Notes under the pieces: model-generated | The model's input: the letters and a program-made list of their open reading frames with translations, nothing else | The model's database searches: none | Told to the model about the DNA's origin: nothing | Part shown: positions 46,601-55,900 of the stretch, piece after piece | Position numbering within the stretch: position 1 is the stretch's first letter | Layout of the letters: each line of letters opens with the position of its first letter | Position numbers and translations under genes: made by a program | Source: Planctomycetota bacterium | GTDB taxonomy: Bacteria; Planctomycetota; SZUA-567; H5-PLA8 | Length of the DNA: 64,000 nucleotides | Reading direction: 5' to 3' | Assembly (NCBI GenBank): GCA_045863855.1 | Contig: BTVV01000004.1 | Location: 1 to 64,000 of the forward strand

Positions 46601-48540
46601 TCCCATGGCCCCAGGCTGGGCACTTGCCGCGCCAGTTCTTCGATCAAGTTGGAATTGCGCCGATGGCGCTGGCTCATGTCGTACGTGAACGCGGTGAAGA
46701 CATTGCTTCCGGCAGAAACCAAATCGTCCGCCAACGCTTCGGCTTCTTGCACCGGGTTGGTCTGCTGGATCAGTTGCGCGTATACGCTCCCCAGATCGCA
46801 GTACTTTCCGTTTACATGCGCGGCGAAATGGCTGACGGGCTCGCCCGATACCATCCGAATCGTCTGCGGAACCGTTTGCAACGCGCCCACCTTCGCTTCG
46901 ACCCGGTAGACCCCCGGCGCCAGCGCCAGACTCTGCGTGCTCGTCACGTTCAGCAGAATCGTCTCCTGCTTCTCGACCGGCTTCGCCAGGGTCGAGGCAT
47001 GCAGCACCAAGCGACGCGCACTGGAATCCACCAGCGCCACTTCGACGGGCGTGGCCGCCGGTAGCGCCGGACCGTTTACCTTGATGCCCAGGGCCAGCCA
47101 GAACGCTTCGCCGCGGCGGAAGCCCGTGCGCCCGCGTTGAGTGAATACGCCTGCGGAATAAGGAAGCTCCCGAGCCATCGCCACATGCTGTTCCGTCATC
47201 AGCGGCGCGATGTCTTTACCCGGCGCATAACCGACTCGCAGCACGTAAATTCCATTGGGCCCATCGGGAAGCGCGAGCGCGTACGTGCCGCCTTCACGCG
47301 ATTCGACCGGCACCGATTGCCAGTCGTCTCCGTGCAGCGGACGCAATTCGGCGATGGGCTTGGGGCCCTCGCCGCCCTCGGGCACACCTTCCGGCAACAG
47401 CATTATCAAACGCGTCAGCAGCTTGGTCTCAGGCTGCGCAAGCAGGGTCTGCCATTCGGCCAGCAAACCGCGCTGCTTAGCGCGGCCGGGCGTGGAGCGA
47501 TCCACACGCACCACTTTGTGCGGCCACTCTTTCACATCGAATCCGAGGTCTGCGTTTGGGCCTTCGGGATTCACGCGCAGCGTAAAGGGCCGGATATGGG
47601 GGTATAGAAACCCGATCTGCTCCGATTCTCCGGGCCGTTCCTGAAAGCTGTTCACACCATCGATCGCGGCTTTGCAGTCGTCGTCCAGCGAGACACGCAT
47701 CGACCAAGCCGTCAGGCGTAACGAAAATGCCTTCGCGTCCAATCCTTCGGCCGGCTTGCCGCCCAACGTAAGGTCCGCTAGACCTGCAGGAGTTAGCTTG
47801 AATCGGTAGCCCAATGGGTAGACGGCATAGCCCGATCCGCTGGCATGGGCAGGCAGCCACAAGGTCAGATCGAAAAACGTACCGTGCTCCGGCAACACTT
47901 CGAATCCCGCCACTTTCATATCCGCATTGCGCTTGCGGTCGGACTCCGCTTTCGCACGCGCGGCAGGATCTTTCTGGGGCGGTACGGGTGCTTCGAGCGG
48001 ATCGACGAGGGACGCATCCGCAATCGTGAGCCGCGGAAGAGTGACTATGCGGTCCCAATCCGGAGCGTCGGGATCGCCAGGGTTGCCCCACCGTGCGTCG
48101 ATGCGTAACGGATAGGCTTTCAGCAGAATCAAGCGGTCGCGGACGATCAGCTCCGGGCTATTGGATTTGATCGACTCGTCTTTCTCGACGGTGAACGATG
48201 CGCCCCCGGGCTGGAATACATAGAGGCCAGGCTTCAGATCCTTGCGCACGCGCGGGCGGCGATCGTACAGTTTTCCGTCGATTCGTTTCTCGAATAGCGC
48301 CTCGCCATTCAACGTGACATTCTTGGCCCAGCAGACGACGGCTTTGGCGTCCACATCCCCGCGATCGTTGATGCCGCGAACGCGCTGAACCGCGGTCTGT
48401 TCGAGCGCATCGACAGTCTGCTCAACGCGATCGTGCGGAACCATTCGGATTTCCACATCGAGTGCGTGCAAGCCGCTGCACAGACACGCGAGCAGCAAGG
48501 CAGGTCCTAGTGCGCGCGTGACCGTCGTAACGTGCCGCAT
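40630..48540 (-). CDS. Giant secreted multidomain protein (2636 aa): GH42-like barrel/trimerisation region, CBM-like domain, multiple PQQ-type propellers
   Basis: Signal peptide; LCLYDELYD and KVAVYYSR...YEVIFVPG (beta-galactosidase-like); LEQPSFEG (CBM4/9-like); C-terminal PQQ repeats (LFVGSADGKLHAV, LYFGSDDGTLYKV). Confidence 0.85.
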   Translation of the reverse strand: MRHVTTVTRALGPALLLACLCSGLHALDVEIRMVPHDRVEQTVDALEQTAVQRVRGINDRGDVDAKAVVCWAKNVTLNGEALFEKRIDGKLYDRRPRVRKDLKPGLYVFQPGGASFTVEKDESIKSNSPELIVRDRLILLKAYPLRIDARWGNPGDPDAPDWDRIVTLPRLTIADASLVDPLEAPVPPQKDPAARAKAESDRKRNADMKVAGFEVLPEHGTFFDLTLWLPAHASGSGYAVYPLGYRFKLTPAGLADLTLGGKPAEGLDAKAFSLRLTAWSMRVSLDDDCKAAIDGVNSFQERPGESEQIGFLYPHIRPFTLRVNPEGPNADLGFDVKEWPHKVVRVDRSTPGRAKQRGLLAEWQTLLAQPETKLLTRLIMLLPEGVPEGGEGPKPIAELRPLHGDDWQSVPVESREGGTYALALPDGPNGIYVLRVGYAPGKDIAPLMTEQHVAMARELPYSAGVFTQRGRTGFRRGEAFWLALGIKVNGPALPAATPVEVALVDSSARRLVLHASTLAKPVEKQETILLNVTSTQSLALAPGVYRVEAKVGALQTVPQTIRMVSGEPVSHFAAHVNGKYCDLGSVYAQLIQQTNPVQEAEALADDLVSAGSNVFTAFTYDMSQRHRRNSNLIEELARQVPSLGPWESFYQPSGRDTFLDAATKRGLRVYHNTIAYVDDLLPRGQKARDGCVRFAALETASMRHSPAFEGLCLYDELYDIANPGTPSTEYMLKLEELEFREKYEGMASDESMRALERWYRGLPGRRNTKDLEKYKLWPQFQDDEWRMLSEQMTRAAKAVMPGALNFTQHRMFGGNGDNIGMLGGAPKIFEPLDIAVNVGYKDGGAGDRPVWGPMGADVMRIRGDIPVWSQIADYYIPGDLGACKLRNTFLTLSQQVEGITFFNQSFARGGRGSAQHQGDSREGHRDIAKHLLEPYGDFFLKLKRGYKKVAVYYSREAHYLGPKKSTKLAATCEGLWVACLRAGFPADYLYDHQILADEGMAYEVIFVPGYTLEDEVPESILKSLRRLQSAGKVLAVEQSSKLPLEGLVRLASDLDEYDDKMGGAFPKFIDFETEMVVDQSEATTKLVKEFLAKRIPPAAEHEMLFGPDWLRGGAGEYLILANFRFTGFSGLHKTFYQAPAIEKLRIPKRSTVCFDVLENKRIEVASDGDWMTLQADMREYPGKIFAFLPAEPAQLRLEASAQVDGGSTLTYRLTVLDAQGNPIDAAFPFEIVISDGAGHELERLYRAGIGEYLGAFGAPVNAGNGKLAIRVRELIGGLQAQSTVDVQDWRLPPSAVVSDEVLVTDAELAQRFLSDKSPVVIALPEDQTWTRSQAERLKAWFERSGREARIEPEGGLGSGPQTIPQATSDLVDPLRMWRGSLVYPIRMMDTPVVVLGNSYASPLVRSLVERGALAHPISTHFPGRGRAMISCVHRGFSNAHDTLALLANDAEGLERAVALLKKEVPLAETWPSRPTFAGAMPDPKTLGAKVASVDREPSSLRERLGLIHFVRTLDEDPATGRVLVGTEGYATNLYCLSREGEVLWKTFLPEHDAYYARWYDEGKRVIASTSNPGLVFLLNGEDGLVFRKFSGTLWPRYHEEEGPVSTHLTILDNPKVRQLLIKGLAGLLAVSYEGERQWYIDRSDAIAAYPKEADQRGAAQFPSTLNLGNVVISPDGEKIALGQSRNAGTTKMGVYIYTVWRFEPEIFHARTGERIAQLADERAESIESGHFSLAWNAGEEWPRIVTGSQWTLWPLDGKLGTLTPSPGQTLADGSALEFGLYEVTRRAPNGKPMWTYRDARVWMPSLDRMDAKSGRVYRCDRDGAVMALDLESGKPAWEARMPFSARLLPLTEGLLAGAINGDVVKFDASGKQVWRVRLRDLVEYPDLPYAQFVRQTLRRDRDSTEEFFPLSVDRPGDYDTLLRLGVEQLEQPSFEGNGGWQAEGSAPAYLEPGLDGNRALRLLPGTPVTQKLPRKAIPSATYLLEFRYKLSSPQAALVAGGALAGEKETFTVSRFGGVTGEWLFGRLAVKSYAETKGLTIGLEAVGGEVLVDAVSLRAVRFPSSNLLADAELHAVEPTYVKDIRVQYNRIAPELSKRLASRNHMVVFAPGTTTGTQKFVEEQAYLHNGRLDDVGPIWTYPPRAMGFSAVLAKPAFISHIVLYLNNANPENAYRHLCILANDLEAQPPVPKTIALVKGNSRRFVVVRLPKPMLTDAIKILPGKHPGRHESLTEVELYGPLDGEDAPLAGTTDPLAFPMLLANPRRVPDAFPEDVTGAYTEQNTNRIGATPAFQVGATYVDRVFTFGEAGGAIRSIADRRTESAVEEKKNKRKSDAFVQGPAWGLASITPTSTPARYARRLFVGSADGKLHAVADNGTYLWGFKTGGRVYSSPAPVGDDLYFGSDDGTLYKVDVHSGTVIWEFSAGGKIRGGPAVAGGLVVFASGNGELIAVRAEEGQAAWRAPIAPHTRATPAIFHDRIYLGDEKGVAHAFDLRTGREFWKRELSGYHSIGPVVTPQGICFASEQGEAAWLDTDGGVRWMAPLPGRLLGQPIATRSQLLFPTSAGPAVLRQADGKTDDRFKPPEFNAPINAILAYDRTLFMQRVYVHEDQNFGAQVFLEYHGGPVVWAPTAGPSPQP

Positions 48541-48562
48541 TCCTTGCGCTCCAACGGATCGA

Positions 48563-49378
48563 CTAATGCGTGTAAACGAAGAGCAGCCAGTTGGTGGTTA
48601 GCTGGTAGGAGTTTTCGCGCGCGCGGTTGTCGCCGCCGTGCCCGATGCCTTCGCCAATGGGATTCGAAGCCGTCGGCGGCGTCGAGACTTCCCACGCGCA
48701 GCCATCGTCGTTGGGAGAAAAGAAAACCGCCGGGCGTCCGTCCAGATCGAAGTATTGCCAATAGCTTCCGGTCAGCGGCCGGGAACCGGGCGTGATGTTC
48801 TGATACGTCATCTTGAACACATCGGCCACTTTGGGATCGCTATCGAGCACCACGGTGGCGTCCGCGCCCGGAATCAGCTTCGAGACTTCGGGGCGCACGC
48901 AGGTCGCGAAAGGACTCCCGCGGTTGTAGCAATCGTCGAGCAGTAAGGTGCCTCCGCGCTTGAGAAAGCGCGCCATGTTCTCGGCTTCCTTGTCGTTGAA
49001 GTTCCAAGCCACATGCGCGGTCAAGTACACCAACGTGTGCTTGAAAAGTTCGTCGCTGCTTACGTCGAGCCCCTTCGTTTCGACATGCACCGGCAACTGC
49101 GTGCGCTTGTTGAACTGGTACAGCAAATAAGGGATGGCGGTCGGGTCCGTATCCCAGTCCACGTTCTTGCGCGCGGGCCGTATGATGCGCATGCAAATCT
49201 TGTTGCGCCGGTCGGGCTGTTCTTCGGCGTTTTTCTGCCGAGCGTCCTGGGCAGAAATCTCGGTACTGTTGCGCTTTCCCGCTCGCTCCGCCCAACTCAG
49301 GGCGCGTACTTGGGGCGACAGCCCCCCCAAGCCCACCACCAGTGCCACCCATGCTAGGGCTAAGCCTTTACGCTGCAT
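48563..49378 (-). CDS. Secreted DUF4159-domain protein
   Basis: Signal peptide; DWDTDPTA, VYLTAH, FLKRGGTLLLDDC, PNDDGCAW. Confidence 0.85.
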   Translation of the reverse strand: MQRKGLALAWVALVVGLGGLSPQVRALSWAERAGKRNSTEISAQDARQKNAEEQPDRRNKICMRIIRPARKNVDWDTDPTAIPYLLYQFNKRTQLPVHVETKGLDVSSDELFKHTLVYLTAHVAWNFNDKEAENMARFLKRGGTLLLDDCYNRGSPFATCVRPEVSKLIPGADATVVLDSDPKVADVFKMTYQNITPGSRPLTGSYWQYFDLDGRPAVFFSPNDDGCAWEVSTPPTASNPIGEGIGHGGDNRARENSYQLTTNWLLFVYTH

Positions 49379-49416
49379 GACCTTGGCTCCTCACACCCAA
49401 CGCCAATTACTTTATT

Positions 49417-49443
49417 AAGTACACCAAACAAGTACATTGTTTG
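49417..49443. promoter_or_regulatory. Candidate operator in an AT-rich intergenic region
   Basis: Inverted repeat CAAACAA-N5-TTGTTTG (49425-49443) overlapping direct repeat AAGTACA (49417, 49430), about 40-65 nt upstream of the DUF4159 start. Confidence 0.5.
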
Positions 49444-49560
49444 TCCAAATTTACACTAACTTTCGAATATGAAACCATTTGTATAAAATACTATCAACCC
49501 AAGATTAATGTAGGGTAATGATCCATTCCTACCTTAATTGAGGTCCGTCACATGACTTGG

Positions 49561-50142
49561 CTAAGGGGCCCCGCGCACCACCACTTCAAAAGCTAGCACT
49601 ACCATACCCGGATGCCCGTCCTCACCGTCCACTTTGGGCTCTTCGAGGACACGCAGGTCCGCACCGGTTTGAGCCTGAGTAGGTTGCCAGCGGTATACGC
49701 CCGGATAGCTGCGGGAAAAATGATCCAGCAACCGGCCCTTGTGCGTACCGAAAGCCAGCGGTCGGGTCTTGGCGCGGAAGCGATAGAGTTGCCTGAAATC
49801 GGGCTTCAAGGCCACATCGCCCACCGGCGCAAACTCCAATTCCGCTCCGGCCAGTTCACCCTTAAGCTGCCCCGCCAACCGCTTGGCTTGGGCTTCGAAC
49901 CAAGCCTTCCGTTCGGCAGGCTCGATCGCACCGTTCCCACTTCGGTCCATCCCGTGAAGTTCCATCAGCGCCGCGCGCTCACTAAGTTGCATCTCGTAAG
50001 TCAGCTCAAGATTTCCATCGGCGATCCACATGCGCACCGTACGCGTCACGTGATCGACCGGAGACTCGTGCGCCTGGGGGTTTAACGGCCAAGCCAGCAC
50101 CAGGAGTACACCCAATCCAAACGCGATGCAGGCACGTGTCAT
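49561..50142 (-). CDS. Secreted hypothetical protein (DUF1007-like) with N-terminal His motif and EF-hand-like loop
   Basis: Signal peptide ending PQA then HESPVDH; DRSGNGAIEPAE loop. Confidence 0.7.
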   Translation of the reverse strand: MTRACIAFGLGVLLVLAWPLNPQAHESPVDHVTRTVRMWIADGNLELTYEMQLSERAALMELHGMDRSGNGAIEPAERKAWFEAQAKRLAGQLKGELAGAELEFAPVGDVALKPDFRQLYRFRAKTRPLAFGTHKGRLLDHFSRSYPGVYRWQPTQAQTGADLRVLEEPKVDGEDGHPGMVVLAFEVVVRGAP

Positions 50143-52895
50143 CGCCTCTCCTCCGGCCGGCCGGCGTTAGCAACTGCTCGATCCAGGAGCGGCGCAAAGT
50201 CGCGAATGTCGATACCGCTCTCGACAAGGGCTTTCACGAAGGGGGCATCGCGAAACGTTCGAATCGCTTCGGCATGAACCTGGGGCGCCCCGGCCAACGC
50301 TGCGTGCAGCGCCGCATAGACCACCGCGAACTCGCTCGACTGCAAGCCCTTCGCTACGATCGCGTGATCGCGCTTGATCGAAGCAAGCCCCATCAGCAGT
50401 GCCAGTTTGACGAACGGCGTTCCAGTATCGTAAATGGATTCCAGCTCGGCCAAAGTCGGCTCGTGGCCATGCTGCGCGAGGGCAAGCTTCAAATACAGCC
50501 ACGCCTGATGCCGCTGCTCGTAATGCGAACTCGAAAGCTCCGTCTGTCTCAGGTCGCCGAACGAGGCGGCAAAATCGCGCTCAAGTTCCACGAGCACCGG
50601 CAAGACGCGCGGATCGGGAATCCTGCCGAGCGCCCAAAGGCACTGCACGCGAACTTTCAGAGGTGCGGTCCGGTCGCGCGCCAATTCAAGCAAGGTAGGC
50701 GTCGCTTCTTTGAGAGGCATGCGCCCCGATATCCCGATCATGTATTCCGCCAGGAGCGGCTGATCGACCGCTTCAAGGAGTTCGGCAAGCGCTTTCGCGC
50801 AATCCGGTCCCCCTACCTTCTCCAGCGCGAGGACCAGTTTAATGCGCAACGCTACATTCTCTTCGGCCTTGAGCGCTCGGACCAACACAGGCGCGGCTTC
50901 GGCCGCACGATACTCGGCCAGCGCATCGATCAGCGTGGGCGGTGGGGACTCATCGGGGTAGTCGCGCAGCAGCGCCAAGACTTTGGCCCGCAGTTCCGGA
51001 ACCGGTCGGGCCGCAAGCGCCTGCAGCGCCGGGCCGGCGAGGTTCTCTCCGGAATTGCCAAGCGCTTTTTCGATCAGCGTGACGCGTTGCGCCCAGGACG
51101 TTCGCGCCGCTACGTACAGCATTGTGCGCTTCACCTGCGCCGATGCGGCGCGTTCGTACAATTTCAGCGCGGCCATCCCGGCTTCGGATGCTTCCGGCCA
51201 CCCTTGAAGCGCCAGCGCCAACTCGTCCTGTGCGGCGGGATCCGCCTCAATCCCCGCTCGCTCCGATAGGGCCGCGAGCGCTCGTTCGCCGCCCAGACGA
51301 CCCAGCGCATTCAAGGCCATCGCACGCACATACCCGTCGGCATGGGCGGCCTGAAGGACCGCAAACTCCAGCGCGCCTTGGGCTCTAACGTCCCCCACAA
51401 ACCGCAACAGCGCGGCGAGCAACTCCGAGTCGCGCACCACTCCAGCGCTGGCCGCCAGTTCGACGGCCGCCTTCTGCAGTTCGACACGGTATTGCCGCTC
51501 GTGCTTGTACTCGACCAGCCCGCCCCAAGTTTCAAGCATAGCGCGAAGCGGCTTGGTGCGCGGCTCAGGTGCTTGAGCTTGTTTGTGCAGCCATTCCAAG
51601 GTGGGCAGCGGCGCCGCCAACGCCATCGCCCGCGGCGTATCGGCGGGCCAAGTTGGTATATCCAGCAGCGCACCCAAGCGAGCTTGGGCATTGCGGCCTT
51701 CGGGCTCGTAGAACCAGCGATGGGCCACCGGATCGTACATGCGCAGCAACTCGGCATGCGACTGCCGGGCCAACCCGAGCGCCGCCGCGAGCTTAATCAG
51801 CGTCTCACCGCGCGTGGCCTTTTCCTGATCGGCGTAGGGCAACGCGCCTTCCAAGGCCGCCATACCAAAGCGTGCCAGTTCCTGAATCTCCTGCGCAACC
51901 GATTCACCGCGCTCGGCCTTGGCAAACAGTTCGCCCATGCTCGCTTTCAGTTCCGCGGCTTCCAGCACATCGGGCGCTACGGGCAACAGTGCACCTTCCT
52001 TCGGGCCAGGCGATTGCAGCTCGAACTGAGGCCAATGCGCGATGCCCTTATGCATCCATGGATGCAGCGAGCGAGGCGCGTTGTGAAAGTACCGTTCTTT
52101 CTGGTCGCTGTCCTGAACCACCGCCAACAGTTGCAGCTTATGCCCCTCCAAGTGCCATGAAGCTTCGCCGTCCTGCCCCTTGGGTGGCTTCTTGAACTTG
52201 TCCTTTGGCGCATCGATGCTGCCCCAAGGAATGCGGCATTCGCCGGTGTAGCCGCTGTCTTCGTCCCCCGGCGCATTCACCGTGGACGGTTGGCCGTCGG
52301 CCTTGGGCTTAAGCTGTATGGCCATCCGTACCGTGTGAGCACCTTGATCGCGCAGCCATTCGTCTTCGAAGAAGAGGATGCCGAACTGCGCGCGCTGAGC
52401 TTTGGTCACGACCCAGTCATCGTCGGCCAATACGCAGTACACGTCGTTAAACTGATTCAGCGCGTTGTGGTGCAGTTCCCAAAAGCAGCGCCGGTCGCCC
52501 AGAGTCAAAAAGAACTCCACCACATCCGGGTTGGGCTTCCCGCCCCAGATACTGGCGCCGTCGCGCGGGCGTTCCGCCGGGCCTTCGCGCTTTCCACTGC
52601 CAGCGGCAACGAGTTGCTTGTCGAATGTCTCGTATCCGAGGTACAGATACTGGCGGTCCCAAGCCACGCGAACGGTCATGTGCGCCGCGGTATCCAGCAC
52701 TCCCGTTGTATTCAGATGATCGCAGCGGATCGGCGCGGCAGCTTTCCAGACGGCCTCGTCGAGCTTGCCATCGATGGCCATGTCGGTATCGGCAAACGGC
52801 ACCGGCGTCACCGGCGCGGCATCTTCCGTCAAGGCGATACCACCCAGCAGTGCGGAAAGCAGCGCCCAAGCCGGGATGTTCGATCGGTATTTCAT
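50139..52895 (-). CDS. Secreted CBM9-like + HEAT-repeat protein
   Basis: ATG 52895 with AGGAG; IDGKLDEAVW...WDRQYLYLG...ECRIPW (CBM9-like); HEAT repeats (VRAMALNALGRLG, VRVQCLWALGRI). Confidence 0.85.
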   Translation of the reverse strand: MKYRSNIPAWALLSALLGGIALTEDAAPVTPVPFADTDMAIDGKLDEAVWKAAAPIRCDHLNTTGVLDTAAHMTVRVAWDRQYLYLGYETFDKQLVAAGSGKREGPAERPRDGASIWGGKPNPDVVEFFLTLGDRRCFWELHHNALNQFNDVYCVLADDDWVVTKAQRAQFGILFFEDEWLRDQGAHTVRMAIQLKPKADGQPSTVNAPGDEDSGYTGECRIPWGSIDAPKDKFKKPPKGQDGEASWHLEGHKLQLLAVVQDSDQKERYFHNAPRSLHPWMHKGIAHWPQFELQSPGPKEGALLPVAPDVLEAAELKASMGELFAKAERGESVAQEIQELARFGMAALEGALPYADQEKATRGETLIKLAAALGLARQSHAELLRMYDPVAHRWFYEPEGRNAQARLGALLDIPTWPADTPRAMALAAPLPTLEWLHKQAQAPEPRTKPLRAMLETWGGLVEYKHERQYRVELQKAAVELAASAGVVRDSELLAALLRFVGDVRAQGALEFAVLQAAHADGYVRAMALNALGRLGGERALAALSERAGIEADPAAQDELALALQGWPEASEAGMAALKLYERAASAQVKRTMLYVAARTSWAQRVTLIEKALGNSGENLAGPALQALAARPVPELRAKVLALLRDYPDESPPPTLIDALAEYRAAEAAPVLVRALKAEENVALRIKLVLALEKVGGPDCAKALAELLEAVDQPLLAEYMIGISGRMPLKEATPTLLELARDRTAPLKVRVQCLWALGRIPDPRVLPVLVELERDFAASFGDLRQTELSSSHYEQRHQAWLYLKLALAQHGHEPTLAELESIYDTGTPFVKLALLMGLASIKRDHAIVAKGLQSSEFAVVYAALHAALAGAPQVHAEAIRTFRDAPFVKALVESGIDIRDFAPLLDRAVANAGRPEERR

Positions 52896-52900
52896 GTGGC

Positions 52901-55900
52901 CTACTCCTGCCGCTGCAACATCGTCTCGCACCAGTTTGCGGCATCGAGCGCATTCCCGTCTCCTGAATCTTCCACCACTAGGCGCAATCGACGCGCTGCA
53001 TTGCAATCGACCGAGAACGCTTTGGCTTTGTCCAGGCCCGTCATCCGTCCCGAGGCCCAGACGCGCTTGCCGTCCAGGTAGATCTCGAACTGCACGCTGC
53101 CGCGCCCGCCCGTCACCGCATCGACACCGGCTCTACCGGTGAACCGAACGAAGCGACCCTCCAACGGATACTCCACCAGGCTGCGCGCCCAGACTCCCAA
53201 TCCCGTGTCGAACGCATCGGTATCGACTCTCAACGATCCGCCCGCCGCGTTTCGGCCCCAGCGAATCGGCATCGGTACGCTCTGATCGCCGTGCAACGGT
53301 CCTATCGCCGTCAGCGGAAGCACGTTTGCCGCGGTCGCGGCCACGCGCCAACCCACGCTGTTGCCAGCCTCGAGGTATTTAAAGCTCAACTTTGCCTTCG
53401 GCGAACCACTAATGGCATCGGCCGGAACCAGTAACGCAACTTCGCGCAGCCCGCTCGAAAGTTGCGTGTCCGACGCCTTCAAGTCCCATTCTCCGATCGG
53501 CTTCCCGTTCGCACGCACTTCCATCCGATGGCCGCTGCCTTCCAGAACGAAGGTCTTGCGCACCAACAGCGCTTGCCCTGCAGGAATTTCCACCGTCAGC
53601 GTCTCCGTGCCGCCGGCGTCAAACGCGAGGCCCTGTCCATCCACGGTAACCTTGCCCAGCGATTCGACACGTTTACGGTACGGCTGTCCGCCTTCCTGCG
53701 CGTAAGCTGAAGAACCGGACGCGGACCGCACTTCCAACAAGGCGCGCAGGAGCGGGGCCTTTTCGCCTGATTCCAGAATGGTGCTTCGATCCAGCGCGGC
53801 ATCGACCTCTGCAGCCGACCCCTTGAATCGGAAGTACGCAGGCGCGCTGCCGATCGCAAAGCCACCGGAACTTTTGGTGCGCCGTTCACCGAATAAGCCT
53901 TCCGCTTCAGCCGTCTCCAACCCCGCGGTGCCGAAATCGATCGTCCCGCCGCCGTCGATGCGCCAGATCGCCGCCACCGCCGAGCCTTGAGGATCCTTGA
54001 ACAGCATGCCTCGCGTCCGTCCGGGCAATGCCTCTTCAAAGGTCAGCTCGCGCACGAACTGCCATCGCTTCAAGCGTTCCCGCAAGCCGCAAACTGCCCA
54101 CCAAGATGGTTTCAGGCGATACGCGGAGGACGTCAATTTAAGCGGCGGAGCGCTGTAGCGCGTGCGCTCCATGAGGGCGGTTCCTTCACGTCCCTGAACG
54201 CCTGTCAGATCCAGCGTCGTTCGAGTGCCCAACGGATGCAGCAGCAACAACGCGCGGCTCAGACATGCGGCCTGACGAAATGCATCGGCTCCGCTCGCGC
54301 TTTCGTCCTGATCCCAATTCAAGTCTCCGATCAGGATCTGCTTGGGCCGCGGGCCGTACCGGTCCAGCAACGCTTGTAAGTGCGCGAGGGGCTGCGTGAG
54401 GTACGCGTCTTCGGCCGAGAGCCCGCCCATGTCCACGCGCAATTCGATTCCATCGAGCGCTTTCAATACGCCCGATTCCTCCAAGCTTTGAAGATACGCC
54501 AAGACCGTCGGTAAGCGCATGCCGCCGATATACAGTTTGGTTGCGGGCGCATACTCGTCGCGCCAGCGGATCGCCGAACCCACCATCTCGGCAAATCGCG
54601 GCGGAGCCACATACAGCGGCCCGGGATTATCCGGACCGTTCCAGATCAGCCAGCCGGGGAGGCCGGCGCCCATCCCACGCAATGTTTCGCAAACGTAGTG
54701 ATCCCAGTCCTCCTGGCGTTCGGGGGCCATGAAAATATTCACCGCGCCGCCGATGAAACGTTTGCGCCGCGAGAAGGCTCCCGCTTCGGCCTGCTCGAAC
54801 CCTGCCCCCGCCGCCCAATACGCGCTGAATCCCAGCAAGCCGTACGGCTCCAGTCCGCGACTCGTTGCGCGCCCAACCTTCTGCAAATAGCTCTGCAGTT
54901 GAAAATTTCCTTTATAGTGCTCGACCCAATCCCAATCTTCATCGACTCGTTCGAAGCGTTCATCCAGCGCTTTGCGTAGCGCGTTCAGATCCTTCAAGGC
55001 GGCGCCCGGATCGTCTCCAAGGGCGACTTTCAGATCGCCCACCACGAAACGCTGGGATGCTTCATCGGCTTTGGTTTCTCCGCGCAGCAACACGGCATGT
55101 GCCGCATAAGCGCCCGGCCCCAAGGTCTCGGCCAGCGTTACGCACCGGGACTCGCCCGGCGCCAGCGTCAGCCGCGCATCCTGCGATCCGACGGTCACGC
55201 CCAAACTGTCGACCCACTCAGCCTTCACCGTCGCCTCGGCCGAAGCCGATCGATCCAGGTTCTCGACGCTCAACACCAGCCGACCGTCCGGTGAAAATCC
55301 GTTTACCGCGCCGGCATCGAGTTGCAACGAGAGCCGCTCGCCGAGCGGAAGATGTGTCTGAACGCGAACATCGTCGATGAATATCCGGCCGGATGACATT
55401 TCGGAACCGCGCGGATCGAAGCCCAGGTGCAAGCCGACGGGGAACAGCGGCAGGAACGCGGCATTTTCCAGTGCCCGGTCGTCCGCTTCCCCCAAGAGAG
55501 GCAGATCGAAGGACACCTGCTTCCAGCCAGTCCAGTCGACGCGGTACGCGTTCTGCCAGTTCGAATCCACGGCGCGAGCAAGCAGGAAACTCGCTTCCAG
55601 TTGGAATCGCGTCGCTCCCGGTTCGAACCCTTGCAGCGCATAAAGCCAGCCGCCAGAACCGTCGCCATGCACCCAAAGGGAGACTCGGGTGGGCTTCCCA
55701 GGAAGCGCGCGGTCGATGTGAACTTCAAGCGGTTTCTTCTTTTCGTCAAAGCTCAAGACCAGCGCGCGCTTGCCCTGCTTGGCTTGTTCGCTCGACGAAG
55801 CCAAAGGCTCAGAGCCGAAATAGGGCCGGTCTTCTTCGAAGTCCGCGACGCACGCTTCGCTGTCGGGCTTGGCGAGGACCAGCACGCGCTTGGCTTGTAC

